DNA of 55,608 bases, the filler included, from Sphacelaria rigidula (taxonomy: Eukaryota): NCBI GenBank assembly GCA_964200075.2. It is 5 parts of 5 records of this genome, joined end to end, with 100 filler letters (N's around TTAATTAATTAA, not from the genome) between each part and the next. Parts side by side here need not be neighbours in the genome. Positions count along the whole stretch, not along the records: positions 22,286 to 33,326 come from CAXNAA020005487.1; positions 33,427 to 44,467 come from CAXNAA020005488.1; 3 more parts are not named here. One strand, 5' to 3'. Positions 22,950 to 34,648 of the stretch are shown here, in pieces. Positions within the stretch are counted from its first letter, which is position 1; each line of letters opens with the position of its first letter. The position numbers were made by a program, and so were the translations under genes. The notes beneath the pieces are model-generated. The model worked only from the letters and a program-made list of their open reading frames with translations. It did no database searches and was not told the origin of the DNA.

Positions 22950-24850
22950 AGGTGAACTGGCGGGGGTTGACCGAGTTGCTGCACGGGCATACCGTCGAAA
23001 ACGAAGGAGTGCGACGCTTGATCCAAATCTCGCTTTTGGTCGTGCCCGGCTTAGGGGAAAATTCTTTTCGGTGAAACAAGGGACGCAAAATGGAGTTGTA
23101 CTCATCTTCGACAAGGAAAATCCACGACTGAAGACAAACAAGACACAAGGAGGAATCCTCTTCTCGGTGAAACAAGGGACACGGTTTGCACTTGTACTCA
23201 CGTTCGACGAAGACAATCCAGAACTGGAGACGAACAATTTCGCCGTCCCGCTACAGCAGCCGGAGAGCGATATCTACTTCTCATTTGACTTCACCAGCGG
23301 TAGCGGCGCGCCTGAACCAGCAATGCAAGCTGCAGATATCGCCACACTATGGTATCGGCGAGTGGGACTTCTATAAAGCAAAAGCTTGAACCTCTTGAAG
23401 AAGGTTTATGACAACGGGGTGGACTTCGGTGAAATCGTACCGGATTTTGACGCTTGTGTCGTTGGAAAAGGTCATCAACTGGCCCACCCCAAAACGACCG
23501 ACCACAAAGTCCAACCAGCCTTCCAGCTGGTTATAATAGATGCCATGATCCAGTGCATGCAGCGGTTCACTAACCATTCTCTCGGAGGAAATGATGGTCA
23601 CGGCAGCTTACCTTGCATACAGATCATCGACTGCCGCGCTAGGAATGAAATCCAGGCTCACGATACTGACCAGTTCTACAACATATTCGAGTTATCGGAG
23701 CCAGAGCTTCCGTACATATTGAGCGGGGCACCTGAACACTAGCTCTCGGGGAAGTTGAAGGACGATTAGTTGGGTATAGCAACGACAGCAAGTGCTACCG
23801 CGTCTACAATCCGGCCACCCGACGTATTATGGAGAGCAGGAAGATCATTTTCATCGGGACGCCGGCACGTCTTACGCCGATGGGGGAACCGCAGCTTTTG
23901 ATACACCCTTTACTACCTACCTAGCGACGGGGAGCTTATCGGCAGTCAGGGTCACACCTACTTCACTAACGGTGCCTTCTTACGCGACCTGCACGATCAC
24001 ACCTCCGTCCTAACTCAACTAGCTCGTATCTCTGCCGATCATGTCACTGCCAGTGGGGGCTGTAAAACTCCACAGATGGCCGAGCTTCCGGAGAGAATCA
24101 GCGCCATCACCAGGCGGGATATGTTGCACGGCGGTGCCTCGCCCGGGGAAGGATGCTTGCTGCGGGAACACCCAAAAACATCCAATGAGGCCATGAGCTT
24201 ACCGCCAAATGAACACTGGAAGGCGGCCTCGGACAAAGCGGATAGCATGTTCACCCTTATGCTGGCTACCCCCGTCGTAACAGAAAACAAGGTATTCGGT
24301 CCTCGATGGGCTTACGAGAAGAAACCGACAAATTCTACAAAGATCGCGTTGGCGTGCTTGGCTGGGGACGAGATCCCGGGGTCGATTGCGGGAGCACATT
24401 TGTTCCGGTCTGCAGAATCCAGAGCGTTCACATGGTATCGACAATAGCTGTGAAGTACAACCGGGAGTGCTGCTGGCAGCTGGACTACAGCATCGTCTTT
24501 CTGAACGCCGAACATGAGGAGAAAGTCTATGTAAAAATGACGCCGCCCGGATATGAGGAGTTTGGTGGCACAATCGACCGTGGACGTGGAGCTCGTGACC
24601 ACAGAATTGAACATGAAGGAGGCCGTCTTTTCCCGAACATTGTGAACAAGCTGGGGTATGGTACGCGCTTCGACCCCATTCCCGTCTACATTGACAATAT
24701 TTCAACTCTTGATTCAGAAACTGGTCAGCGAGGGAACAACCAGCATTTGTTACGCCAAGAATGAGGGCCAACTTGCCGATACAGGGACCAAGCACCAAGC
24801 ACCTCGGCAAACACAGGCACCCCTACGTCGTCCAGCTGATCATTGTGTTG
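22950..24850 (+). mobile_element. Degenerate Ty1/copia pol remnant (pre-integrase, integrase ends, SH3, partial RT, RNase H)
   Basis: Motifs in copia order across frameshifts: LWYRRVG, CVVGKGHQLAHPKT, TAAYLAYRS, EGRLVGYSNDSKCYRVYNPATRRIMESR, PKTSNEAM..WKAASDK, WQLDYSIVFLNA..EEKVYVKMTPPGYE, STVDVELV, VYIDN, QLADTGTKH. Confidence 0.95.
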
Positions 24851-25007
24851 AAAGCTCGACTCAAGTTCAGCTCTAAGACTTATTCTAAGCTTGCTCGCCT
24901 GAATGAGGTAGACAGAACGTCGCGCGGGGATGCTTATGCTAGATGGTAGAAACCAGTATCGATTCGGATGCCGCATAATTCACGTCCACCCGACCCCTCG
25001 TCATCCG

Positions 25008-25508
25008 TACAGTACTTCCAGCACAGTACATGCCCACTCGGCTCAGCTCTTCGCCGCCGAGACAGTGCACTTGGGAGCGTAGCACAGTACAAATGTCGAT
25101 GAGACGCGGCACCGCACAAGCCCTCCTGGCCTGCAGCCGCCTGTAGAGTACAGACTGGGACCGGCACCAGCACACGCCCACCCAGTTCTTTGCCGCCCGA
25201 GCAGCACAGGTGGGGGCGTAGCACAGTACACGTGCGGATGACGCGATGCACACGTCTGTACAGCACTTACCGCACAGTACACGCCCACTCGGCTCGGCCC
25301 TTCGCCGCCGATACAGTGCACTTGGGAGCGTGGCACAGTACAAATGTCGATGAGGCGCGGTACTGCACAAGTCAACCGGGCCTGCAGCCGCCTGTAGAGT
25401 ACAGACTGGGACCGGCACAAGCACACGCCCACCCAGTTCTTTGCCGCCCACACAGTACACGTGGGGTCGTAGCAGTGCACGTGCGGATGACGCGAAGCAC
25501 AGCACACG
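25008..25508. repeat. Tandem repeat, 251-bp unit x2
   Basis: GCACAGTACA(T/C)GCCCACTCGGCTC at 25021 and 25272, colinear throughout. Confidence 0.95.
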
Positions 25509-26734
25509 TTCGCCTGTACCAAGTTATGCCATAAATCCTGTAGCTGGAAAACGCTCAACCCCGACCGAATGATGGTCCCATAACGCACATATCGCCCCGT
25601 TCAAACGTTGTTTGTACTAGTCCGGTCAGCCCCTTGCCATGAATCCTGTGTGACACAGCTCATGCGCAGTGCTCAGCATTTGTTTAAGCGGGTCTTGAGC
25701 ACACCGGCCCACCACATTTGTCGAGTGAAAGCGAGGCCGATACAGCCCGAGAGTCCGACAGCACAACAGCAGCCGCCCGACCCCGTTCGCCCGACCCGCC
25801 CAATGCTGTATCCCCACCACGGTAGTTTGAACTTAAGCTGAGCCAAGCAGCGGCGGATGCGCACGATCTGAAGGATGCACGCTTCACGCCCCTCCCGCGC
25901 GTCGCGGGTCAACTCAACATCATGTTGGACCATCTCGCCGCGATGGAGCGGTTGGCCGAGGGGCAGCCCTCACTCCGTCGCGAGATGAGATGGGTGCCGA
26001 ACCTCCGCAACGATGTTGAGGAGAGTCTCGCACGGCGTTCGCCGGTGTTAACCGTCCTGTCCCTTAACAAACGGTTCAACGCCACCTCCTCCCGGCGCTC
26101 GTCGGCCGCTACTAAGGCTCTCCATGCAGAGATCAAGGACATAGCAACGTTAATGGGCGGTACGCACACTGGCTTGGAGACCGCTCAGGGTTGGTGCCTC
26201 GACATTCGTGCGGGGGGAGGGTCCAGGGCTTGGCTGAGCCAGTCGATCCGATACCCCTCACCCTATCCTCCACAGCCGACCACCGCACATCCGCGCCCAT
26301 CCCACCAGCCGGCGCCGTTTATTGGTTTCGCCAACCACTACGGCCCCAGTGACCCCTACGCAGCGGGGGGGTAGGGAGGGAGGAGATAACGCAGTACCCG
26401 CAGCGACGGCAGAGGAGGGGGGCAAGGAAGTTCCGCGAGGGGCAGCGGCCGGGGCTCCGGAGCACCACTCCAGTGCCAGAAGTGCACAGACATGGGTCAG
26501 CCTGCGAGCGACTCCTACGCCCATTGCCCACTCACAGCCTGTTCACACTATATGAAAACGGGATATCTCGTCAAGCACTGCCCCAGATAATGTAGTAGAA
26601 TTGAAGGCTGATTGTGTTCAAGGTAGTACAGGGGTACCACATCCTGTTTGCGGTAGCTTCCGCCACAGGACACACGGGAACCTGTCAACTCCGACCTGCA
26701 CATGTTCTGTATCGTAGGCTTACGGGCAAGACAT

Positions 26735-27150
26735 AACAGAGGATTCTATAAAATGAGGTTCATCAATGAAATGAGGTTCGAGCTCAAAACAGTACTTTCT
26801 CCACGTTTTCAGCAATGGTGCCCAATGACTTTCTTGTCGGCCTAATGCCCCTCGATCGCGTAGATACTTCTTTAGCGCATTTTATCGACTCTGTGAGCTT
26901 ACAGCGCTGTCCGAAACCGCCATTTCTACTTATGTTTTAGGGGGGGTGATATCAGGGAAAACAGGAGTTTCGGTCAGCGCTGTAAGCTCACAGAGTCGGT
27001 AAAATGCGCTGAAAAAGTACCTACGCGATCGAGGGGCATTAGGCCGACAAAAAATGTCACTGGGCACCATCGCTGAAAGTGCGGAGAAAGTGCTATTTTG
27101 GGCTTGAACCTCATTTCATTGATGAACCTCATTTTATAGAACCCTCTGTT
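26735..27150. mobile_element. Foldback MITE with ~183-bp inverted arms and ~50-bp spacer
   Basis: 26735-26917 is the near reverse complement of 26967-27150. Termini AACAGAGG...CCTCTGTT. Flanks ACAT/ACCT, or alternatively TA/TA. Confidence 0.92.
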
Positions 27151-27299
27151 ACCTGCCGCTGCCGCCGCCGCTACCTCGGCCGCTGAGCCTTCTGCGACGC
27201 TAACTACACTCACGGCCCCAACACCCGTGGCCGCCCCGTCTGCAGTCGATACCAACGCGGATAGCGGTCCCACCACCGGCTCTTTCGCCGTGATGAAGG

Positions 27300-29122
27300 T
27301 CGGGGAACTTCCAAAACATTTGGGATGAAACCACAACTGCGTCCAGTTGCGTGGATGGGGTCAGTATCGGGGCATGACGGAGCGAAACTTGTGGGCTGCT
27401 TTACGTAGGCAAGCTTGGCTGGTGGATCATAGCCGAAGATATCTTGGGGCGGTTGTTATTAGAACCGGCCGAAGGTAGGCCCGTGCGTGTTGAAAATCGT
27501 GGGGAAGGAGCTCGATCCAACTGATTGGGAATTACATGATCCGATGTGGTCAAGTTCAAATCAGCGACACTTGGGTCAGCTGAAAAAGGCTTGCTACTAC
27601 CTTTGCGTGCGGTCGCTGAGGGAAGCCTTTGCCTCAGGGACTGGCGGTTGGTCTTCCCACACCTCAGACTTATACTCGGCACTGAAGGACCAAGTTCAAA
27701 GCCGGGTGTAGGTCTAAGTCGCGGGGTGACACAACTGTTGCGCAGTGTGTGGAGGGGTGAAGACGGGGGTCGATTTGAACGGCCGTCAGATGCACTCCTG
27801 CATAGTGCCGGGGGAGCCGGGCGAACAATTTTAGTCGCCGGCTCTGCGGGCTGTGTTGAACATTGTGTGGGGGTTAAAGACGGGGGTCGATTTGAACGGC
27901 CGTCAGATACGCTCCTGGATAGTGCCGGGGGAGTCGAGTGAGCAATTTTAGACACGGACTCCGCGGGCTGTGTTGAGAAAGTCTTCGCTCGTGCTATCGG
28001 CGGCGTGGAAGACCGAAGAATGCCGGCGTCGGTACGTCATGGATCTAAGCGATCTGTAGTGAGGGTACCAGGGTTTCTGGTGTTGGGATTAGAGCTTTGT
28101 GTCGGTCCCGTCCGCTGATGTTTATCAGCGGAACGTTTGTTGTCGCGAGAATTTTTATCATTCTGGCGAGGGCTTCCGTGATTGTTGTTTTGTCGGCGAC
28201 CGCGATTAGAAATTTTGTTGCCACGTTGGTTCGAATTGTTACGGTAATTTTAATTAGGTGAGCGGTAGTCGCGCATGCGTTTTTGCCATCGGCGCCACGT
28301 GGGTTCATTGTCCTGTAATTCAGGATTCATGAGATCAAAGGCATTGATGCATGGACTGTCGCAGTCGCGCATACTGTGGGCTTGAACACTACAGTTGATG
28401 CAACTATTGGCATGACTGCTGAAGGTATTGCGTCTAGCGAAAGACGAAAGAGGTGGGTCCAACAAATGGGGGTCATGGGTAATGAAAACCGTTGTTGAAG
28501 TCGAATGAACATCATCCCAACTTTCCTAAAAAAACGACCGACCATCAAAACTCGCGCTAAGTGCATCTCTGGTACTCTAAACATGCATAACTGAACCGGC
28601 GACCGAGTCGGGGGTCCATGAAGCGCCAGACGAGCTCGAACTCCTGCCGCGAGCCCCTTGGGTATGAGCGGAGGACACAACCGTAGGCTGTGAACGCACA
28701 GACGTCGAAGGTTTGCCACGTATGGTGGGCGTTAGATTACCCTCTTGGTGTACAAAAGCAAACCACATAATATCAACGGAGGCGTCATGCACCTCACGAT
28801 GCGCCAAAACACCCGGAGACAATGACGGCATCAGAGCCGGATACTGTTGAGCAGCGTTATTGCGAACGTAAGTCTGGCACATTGCATCGCTCGGTCCGTT
28901 CTTGCGTCCGACACCCGTCGTACCCGAAGCCAAAAGCTTAAATTTGCGGAGATAATCCGCGAAGGGGACATCAAATGCGACGGCAAAAGAACTCAGCCTC
29001 TGGATGACGCTGGCCTGGTCACTTTTGTCGAAGTAACCAATTGATGTCTCCAAATCAGAGAGTAATACCGAGCCTGCCTTCCCCTTGGCACGGTCCGGAT
29101 TTATCTCGGCGGTAAAGTGTCT
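27300..29122 (-). mobile_element. Nested LTR-retrotransposon gag fragment in opposite orientation
   Basis: Gag-like ORF 28577-29122 followed by CCHC knuckle CINCSVQAHSMRDC and WRRWQKRM. Contains a 117-bp tandem duplication (27746-27977). Confidence 0.75.
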
Positions 29123-29557
29123 GTAGATCCGGCCACTTTCACTACATGCGTTGCGATCCATCCCGGTCCAAACGCCATCACACCTACGAAATGCATATCC
29201 TTGTTGGACAGCGGCAGCCTGCAAACATTTGTTCGGGAATCAACATGGAAACACATGAAACAGACTGGCGCTGCTACTGCAGCTTGCGAAACCACCACCA
29301 AACTTCGAGTATGGGGCGGTTTCGGTGATTCTGCCGCACCACTGACGACACGTAAATCCGTACGTCTCAGTGTACAATTCTTTCACAACACCACTCGATC
29401 TGCCAGCCTGGCAGTCTGGGCATACATTGTCCCCGACAGCACAATGCATCCCGCCATATTATTGGGCAGAGATAGCTGTGTGCGGTTCAATAAACGAACC
29501 TACCGCACGCTTTCGTTGGATCACCGATTTTCAGATATCTATTCTTGCAGTTTTTAG
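29117..29557 (+). pseudogene. Retropepsin-like aspartic protease of a gypsy-like element
   Basis: CISLLDSGSLQTFV catalytic motif, WGGFG flap and ILLGRDS motif. No RT follows. Confidence 0.85.
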
Positions 29558-30305
29558 CACCTTTGTAAGTCGAAGAGGGGCACTTTCGTGCCTCGTGGCT
29601 GGGGTGCCACGATACAAACTCTGCTGTGCAGCTGGTCACGGCCAGCAAAGCAGGTCCGTATACAAAAACAAACTGGATGAAAGATACACACAATTGTTTT
29701 TATTATATATTATCATAGCGCTGAAGCCTCAACACCAGAAAACCAATACACAAAAATGCTCGACACCAAATGTGCTCAATCACCCTGGAAATCAATACAC
29801 AAAGCTCAACACAACACACTCACTAATTGCTGAAACCCGTAAGACGACGGTGGAAGCAGGAGTGGAAAAGTGGAGCAAGAAGCTGAAGTCGAGGGGAGCA
29901 AGGTGGAGTAAGGTAGAGTGGGGCAAGTGGGTTGCGTATCAACCTCACCAAGCCCACCGAACATAATTTCCCACAACCGAAAATGCAACTAGACAACGTC
30001 CCTCAAACACATGATAGACCACACTCCAGTTGATTCACAGCGCCATATCTCAGCCTGATCCACAGTCCACATCTCGGGCTAGTCATCCACCACACAATCG
30101 CTTCCTCATACGTCGAATTATAGCCACACTCCTTCATGGTTTGACATCCTTCCAACGTATCGGTTTCATCATGCCTTCATGTGAAACAAAACACCGAAAT
30201 ACCCGACAATTACCCGTGACCATAGTACCCCTGTTTGACCGTCACATTCAGGGTACAATCAACCATCATACACTTGCGGGGAAATTGGTGCGGGAAAAAT
30301 CGATT

Positions 30306-30470
30306 ACTTTGGATTCCCCCAGATTGAAGCTCTCCTCCCTGTTGTACTTTTGGACTCCCCCAGGTTGAATCCCTGCTTCCTGTTGTACTTTTGGATTTCC
30401 CCAGGTTAGAGCTCTGCTCCCTGTTGTACATTTGGCTTCCCCCAGGTTAGAGCTCTGCTCCCTGCCGTAC
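30306..30470. repeat. Minisatellite, 41-bp unit x4
   Basis: GGA(T/C)TCCCCCAGGTT..AGCTCTGCTCCCTGTTGTACTTTT starting at 30311, 30352, 30393 and 30434. Confidence 0.92.
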
Positions 30471-30699
30471 CTCCCTGTTTTCCCCCCTTAAATTTTGCTA
30501 GTACGCCGAAGCAATTTGTGCTTCTTCGTTGATCGCTGGCACGCAGAAGCAGTTTGTGCTTCCGCGTTTGGCAGCAGTTTTTCTGCCCCTCGAAGCAGTC
30601 TATGCTTCCCTCCTTCTGAGGTGTGGGAGTGGGTACAGGGTTGTTGGGACGGGAGTGTTGGGTACGGGAGTGTTTCCTTAGGTATACTTCATTAGCCGC

Positions 30700-33200
30700 T
30701 CATGAATTTACGGGTAAAGAAAAACCCTTAGTTTTCGCTGCTCTGAGGATGAATCCTCGCAGCTGTAATAAAGGCTCGTCTGGGTGGATTAGTGTCATAA
30801 AGATGTATATTATCCTGCTGTCATGCCGCTTCAGACCCGTTTTCGAGTCTGCTTTTCGGTGTTTCGGGTATTCCGGTATTCAAGACTGCAGGTCTGTTTA
30901 GAGTTGGTCGGGTACGAAGAAGACGGTGACAGCTAAATCTGCAGATTAGCAGATCTGGCGCGCATACCGTCTTATTACTTACTGCCCCCCTACTGGTTCC
31001 CAGCAAAAGAAGTCTAAGCATCGGTGAGACATATTTACTGGTTTGGGTTGGATTGAATGATTGGATACTGGAAGTTAGAGACAAGATAGTCACGAAGAAG
31101 TGAAGAACCATCGCGTGAGAACTCGTCTGACATATTGTGCTTGGCTGTGTTCAGCAGTGTGCAGTGCTTGTGCCAGCCTGACTGTTGTCCACTTACCTTG
31201 TAAGCCTGTACCTTGGACTGCAAGCTGTGTCCTTGCAAATATAGCACAACAGCCTCATTATAGCCAGGTGTCCATATCTGTGTTGTTTTGAAGTCAAAAT
31301 GATGCGGTAGGGGGCGTTTTTGTGAATCGGCATAATTTTGACTAGAAAACAAGACAAGCGGACACCTGGCGCTAACACATGATTGTGGGGGGAAAGTGCC
31401 GCAACAAGCAGAATATCGAATATTCGAATATTCTCAATGGAAAGAATGTAGTCATAGTTTGCCTGTACAATTGACTGTGAGGCCTGCATGTATACGTTAC
31501 AGTCGCAGAGGAATATGGGATATGCATTAATTGAGACGGAGGGTGCTTCGAAGCGTGTCAACGGACATTGCTCCCTTCCTCAACCTGGCACATGAGAAAC
31601 GGGTTTGACCTTGACCAGTCACTGACAGACTACTTCATTGAGGTGTTTCCTGCTTGTTGGTGCCCCGTTTGCTTCGTTGACACCTGGTGGTTTTGTAGGG
31701 GTTTTTTTCTCGGTCGTGGGTAGGTGTGCGGCTGGTCCGTCGCATGAGGAAAATGACGAAAGCAAAACATATATTTTCAACAGCAAATTCTCGAAAATAC
31801 ATGTTGTCTCGTTGTTTCCCACCATCTATGTCCGTCATTTCATTGGGTGCAATGCTGATTCTTCGATGGCGCGGCCCTATTTGCAGGTGAGGGGGGCGTA
31901 CTCATTTGTTGCTTGCCTTAGTCGTGTGACCATTGACCACGCATCCCTTTCAAGACGGAGCACCGTTCCTACTTCTAATAGAGACACTTGCAACATTCCG
32001 GCGCCCATTACGTTTCTTCCATGGCTCATTCATTATGTTTCTTCCATACTAACGGCGGATCCTGAAAAATGAGGTTCATCTAAAAAATGAGGTTCAAGCG
32101 AGTATCGTTTTGGCAGGGACGACGACCACAAACAGTAGCACAGAGCGAAACCATCTTTCCCCCCAAAACTCTGAAACTGTGAATCTTCAGTTGTGACTAA
32201 GTGCACCGAACGACTGCGGTGTACACGCGTGTCGATGGCGATATCACCAGAGAGAGAAGCAATGACAGAGAGGAAGCTCCTCGCCCGTGTCCTTTGCGTG
32301 CCCTCGCTGGGCGATTACCAATCGCTCGAGAGAGTGGCATCATACATGTTACCAGCACAACATGCCGTATTTCTCATGTGCCTGTAGGTATTCCCGAAGC
32401 ACATCAAGCTGCGGAGATATTTCGTCTCTTTGTCTGTGGAGATCACCAATACGAAGATCGATTTCTCTCGGCCTCTCTTTTTGGACAGGACGCGCTTCTG
32501 TGCGCTGGAAAACTGGACAATGTTCCCGTCACTGCTACTACTGCTCTCTGTCACACACATGCCAGCAAGGACAGTGCGCTGCGCGGCAAAAATATCAGAT
32601 GATCCAATTTGGGGGGTGTTATTCATCGTTGATTTTACCCGACATGAGCACAAGAGCCTGCCACAAGCCAGTTAAGGTGTGTTTCAGAGAGAGATCAAAA
32701 ACTTGTGGAGACCTTCTTGACATGCGGAGTGACAAAAGATACCTATGGTGGTGACCCAACTGTTGCTAGCGTGGTGCAGAGGGGTGCGTCAGCTGCACTC
32801 TGAAGCTTTCGTTGCTCTACTCTATTGGATTCCGTCTGCACAGCTAGTAATATGAACATGTTACTATACACTAATATTCGGAACAGCTACTGTATGGAAA
32901 CAAAATAGTTCGGTTCTCGAAACCACGCCGAGATCATTGAAATGGCTCTTCTTACCCGACGGAAAGCGTCCGCTTGAGGTCCGTTCAAACATTCGAAGAT
33001 ACTGTCAAATAGCACCACCAAACTTTGCTGTCATTGGCATCCGCAAATGAGTATCGTACGGAACACAAATAGACTGTTGAACGTTCTTCTTGGAGAGCAA
33101 CGGGCATAAAACGTTTTGCAGGTAGGAAAACGGAGATTTTTATACACGAGAAACTCTGCGTTCCCCCGTGGGCCTTACATGCACTTCCGAAACCTTTGTC
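30700..33200 (-). pseudogene. Possible decayed multi-exon gene of unknown family
   Basis: Clean 81-nt exon-like unit at 31277-31197 (ACAG|IWTPGYNEAVVLYLQGHSLQSKVQAYK|GTAAGT), plus neighbouring protein-like segments with stops. Confidence 0.25.
31890..32020 (+). repeat. Poly-G-headed dispersed repeat
   Basis: GGGGGGCGTACTCATTTGTTGCTTGCC..TTGACCACGCATCCCTTTCAAGACGGAGCACCGTTCCTACT matches 21965-22100. Confidence 0.75.
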
Positions 33201-33203
33201 GTC

Positions 33204-33326
33204 GACTGCTGCCGAGATAGCCCCCCCTAAACCGGCCAAAAACGTGCACGGAGGCGATGATCGTAACTGCCGTTAAAGCTGGTTTCGTGCCGCACGACGC
33301 GACTGATTTGGGCGTTATAGCTGATT
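33204..33326 (+). mobile_element. Partial MITE (15262 family) at the contig end
   Basis: Near-identical to 15262-15383. Confidence 0.85.
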
Positions 33327-33426
33327 NNNNNNNNNNNNNNNNNNNNNNNNNNNNNNNNNNNNNNNNNNNNTTAATTAATTAANNNNNNNNNNNNNNNNNN
33401 NNNNNNNNNNNNNNNNNNNNNNNNNN
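33327..33426. other. Artificial contig spacer
   Basis: 44 N + TTAATTAATTAA + 44 N. Confidence 0.98.
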
Positions 33427-33869
33427 TCTGACTCGAAATTTCGAGCAACAAATGGCCCAAAATACCCCCCCCCCTATCGTAGGATGACTCTCAGGTCCGA
33501 TTCACGTCGCATTGTAAGTAGAGAGAACTGATAGTCCTGGGCTGCCTGCGCTGCACGTTGCCCGCTTCTCTTTAAAATCGCACTGTACGAAACGCGCACA
33601 CACGCACTCAAGACACCTTGCATGCAAGCAATCCAGACAGTACAGACTGTCTGTACTGTACACGAGTGACCATGTACCGTTTGACGAATTTCATAGTCTT
33701 CTTTCCATCGAAAGCTTCAAAATCGCTTCGACCCACAACGAGCGATTTTCGCCCAAATTAATTCCACCGCCCCATTTTTTCGGTCGAATACAAAAGTGCC
33801 AAGACACTTCCCGAAACTCTTCTCCGCACTGCCGAATGATGACAGTTTTGAAATTGATATAGATGGTAA

Positions 33870-34273
33870 GGCAGGTACCCGGTACTGGTATTTGGGACAT
33901 TTCATACCCTACCGATACCGATAACATCGGGTATTTTTAAAACTCATATACCTACGATACCTACGATACCATGGTATTTCGAGACTTCAGTACCTACCGT
34001 ACCTGCCCAATCGGGTATTTTCAAATGTCATACCTATGATACCTACGATATCACGGTATTTTGAGGTACCAGTACCTACCGCACCCGCTCAGTCGGGTGT
34101 TTTCAAAACTCATACCTACGATGCCTAGGATACCACGGTATTTCGATATTTCAATACCCCCCGTACCCGCTCAATCAGGTATTTTTAAAACTTACACCTA
34201 CGATACCCACGTATACCGCGATATGGGATACCCCGGTAAATATCGGGGGTACGCTCGGTACGGGTATACCTTG
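33870..34273. repeat. Element with an ~82-bp tandem unit x3.5 (MITE-like)
   Basis: TCGGGTATTTT..AAACTCATACCTACGATACCTACGATACC starts at 33927, 34011, 34093 and 34175. Confidence 0.85.
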
Positions 34274-34321
34274 TTTGGAGCTTCGTGACCCCGTGAGAAG
34301 GTGGGGTGCAGACTCGACTCA

Positions 34322-34394
34322 GATAGTCGATCAATGGACACGGCTGCGATAGTCGATCAATGGACACGACTGCGATAGTCGATCAATGGACACG
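34322..34394. repeat. Tandem repeat, 26-bp unit x~3
   Basis: GATAGTCGATCAATGGACACG(G/A)CTGC repeated head to tail. Confidence 0.95.
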
Positions 34395-34648
34395 CGGTCT
34401 GCCGATCAAGATGGGGTAGAAATAGATACAAAGCTTTGTTGATGAAGAGGGAATGAAGGGGAGTGGTTCCAGTGGGGGCCAAGGTATCAAGATGCGACAA
34501 GCACCACTCACGTATGTCTAGTCATTAACATCACACTATAAAGCCATCCCGCGTAGTACCCGGAACTCAAACAGGTATGTCACGAGACTAGTGTACCTTA
34601 TCCTGACAATGTGTATCTTACTGACCACCCCAGGCCATCCTGCGAACA

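Larger units (their letters stand above)
25900..29520 (+). mobile_element. Degenerate Ty3/gypsy-like element (gag + aspartic protease) interrupted by two insertions
   Basis: Decayed zinc knuckles CQKCTDMGQPASDS (26474-26515) and CSHYMKTGYLVKHC (26540-26581), an A/P/T-rich linker at 27151-27300, and retropepsin motifs LLDSGS...ILLGRDS at 29117-29520. Confidence 0.7.

Noticed and set aside
24934..25588. Cys-rich repeated ORFs on both strands
   Set aside because: They are by-products of the GC-rich 251-bp tandem repeat, whose unit is not a multiple of three.
30306..30470. CRISPR-like 41-bp periodicity
   Set aside because: The whole unit is repeated with no variable spacers, so it is a minisatellite.
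34322..34394. CRISPR-like 26-bp direct repeats
   Set aside because: Head-to-tail units with no unique spacers, and no cas genes.
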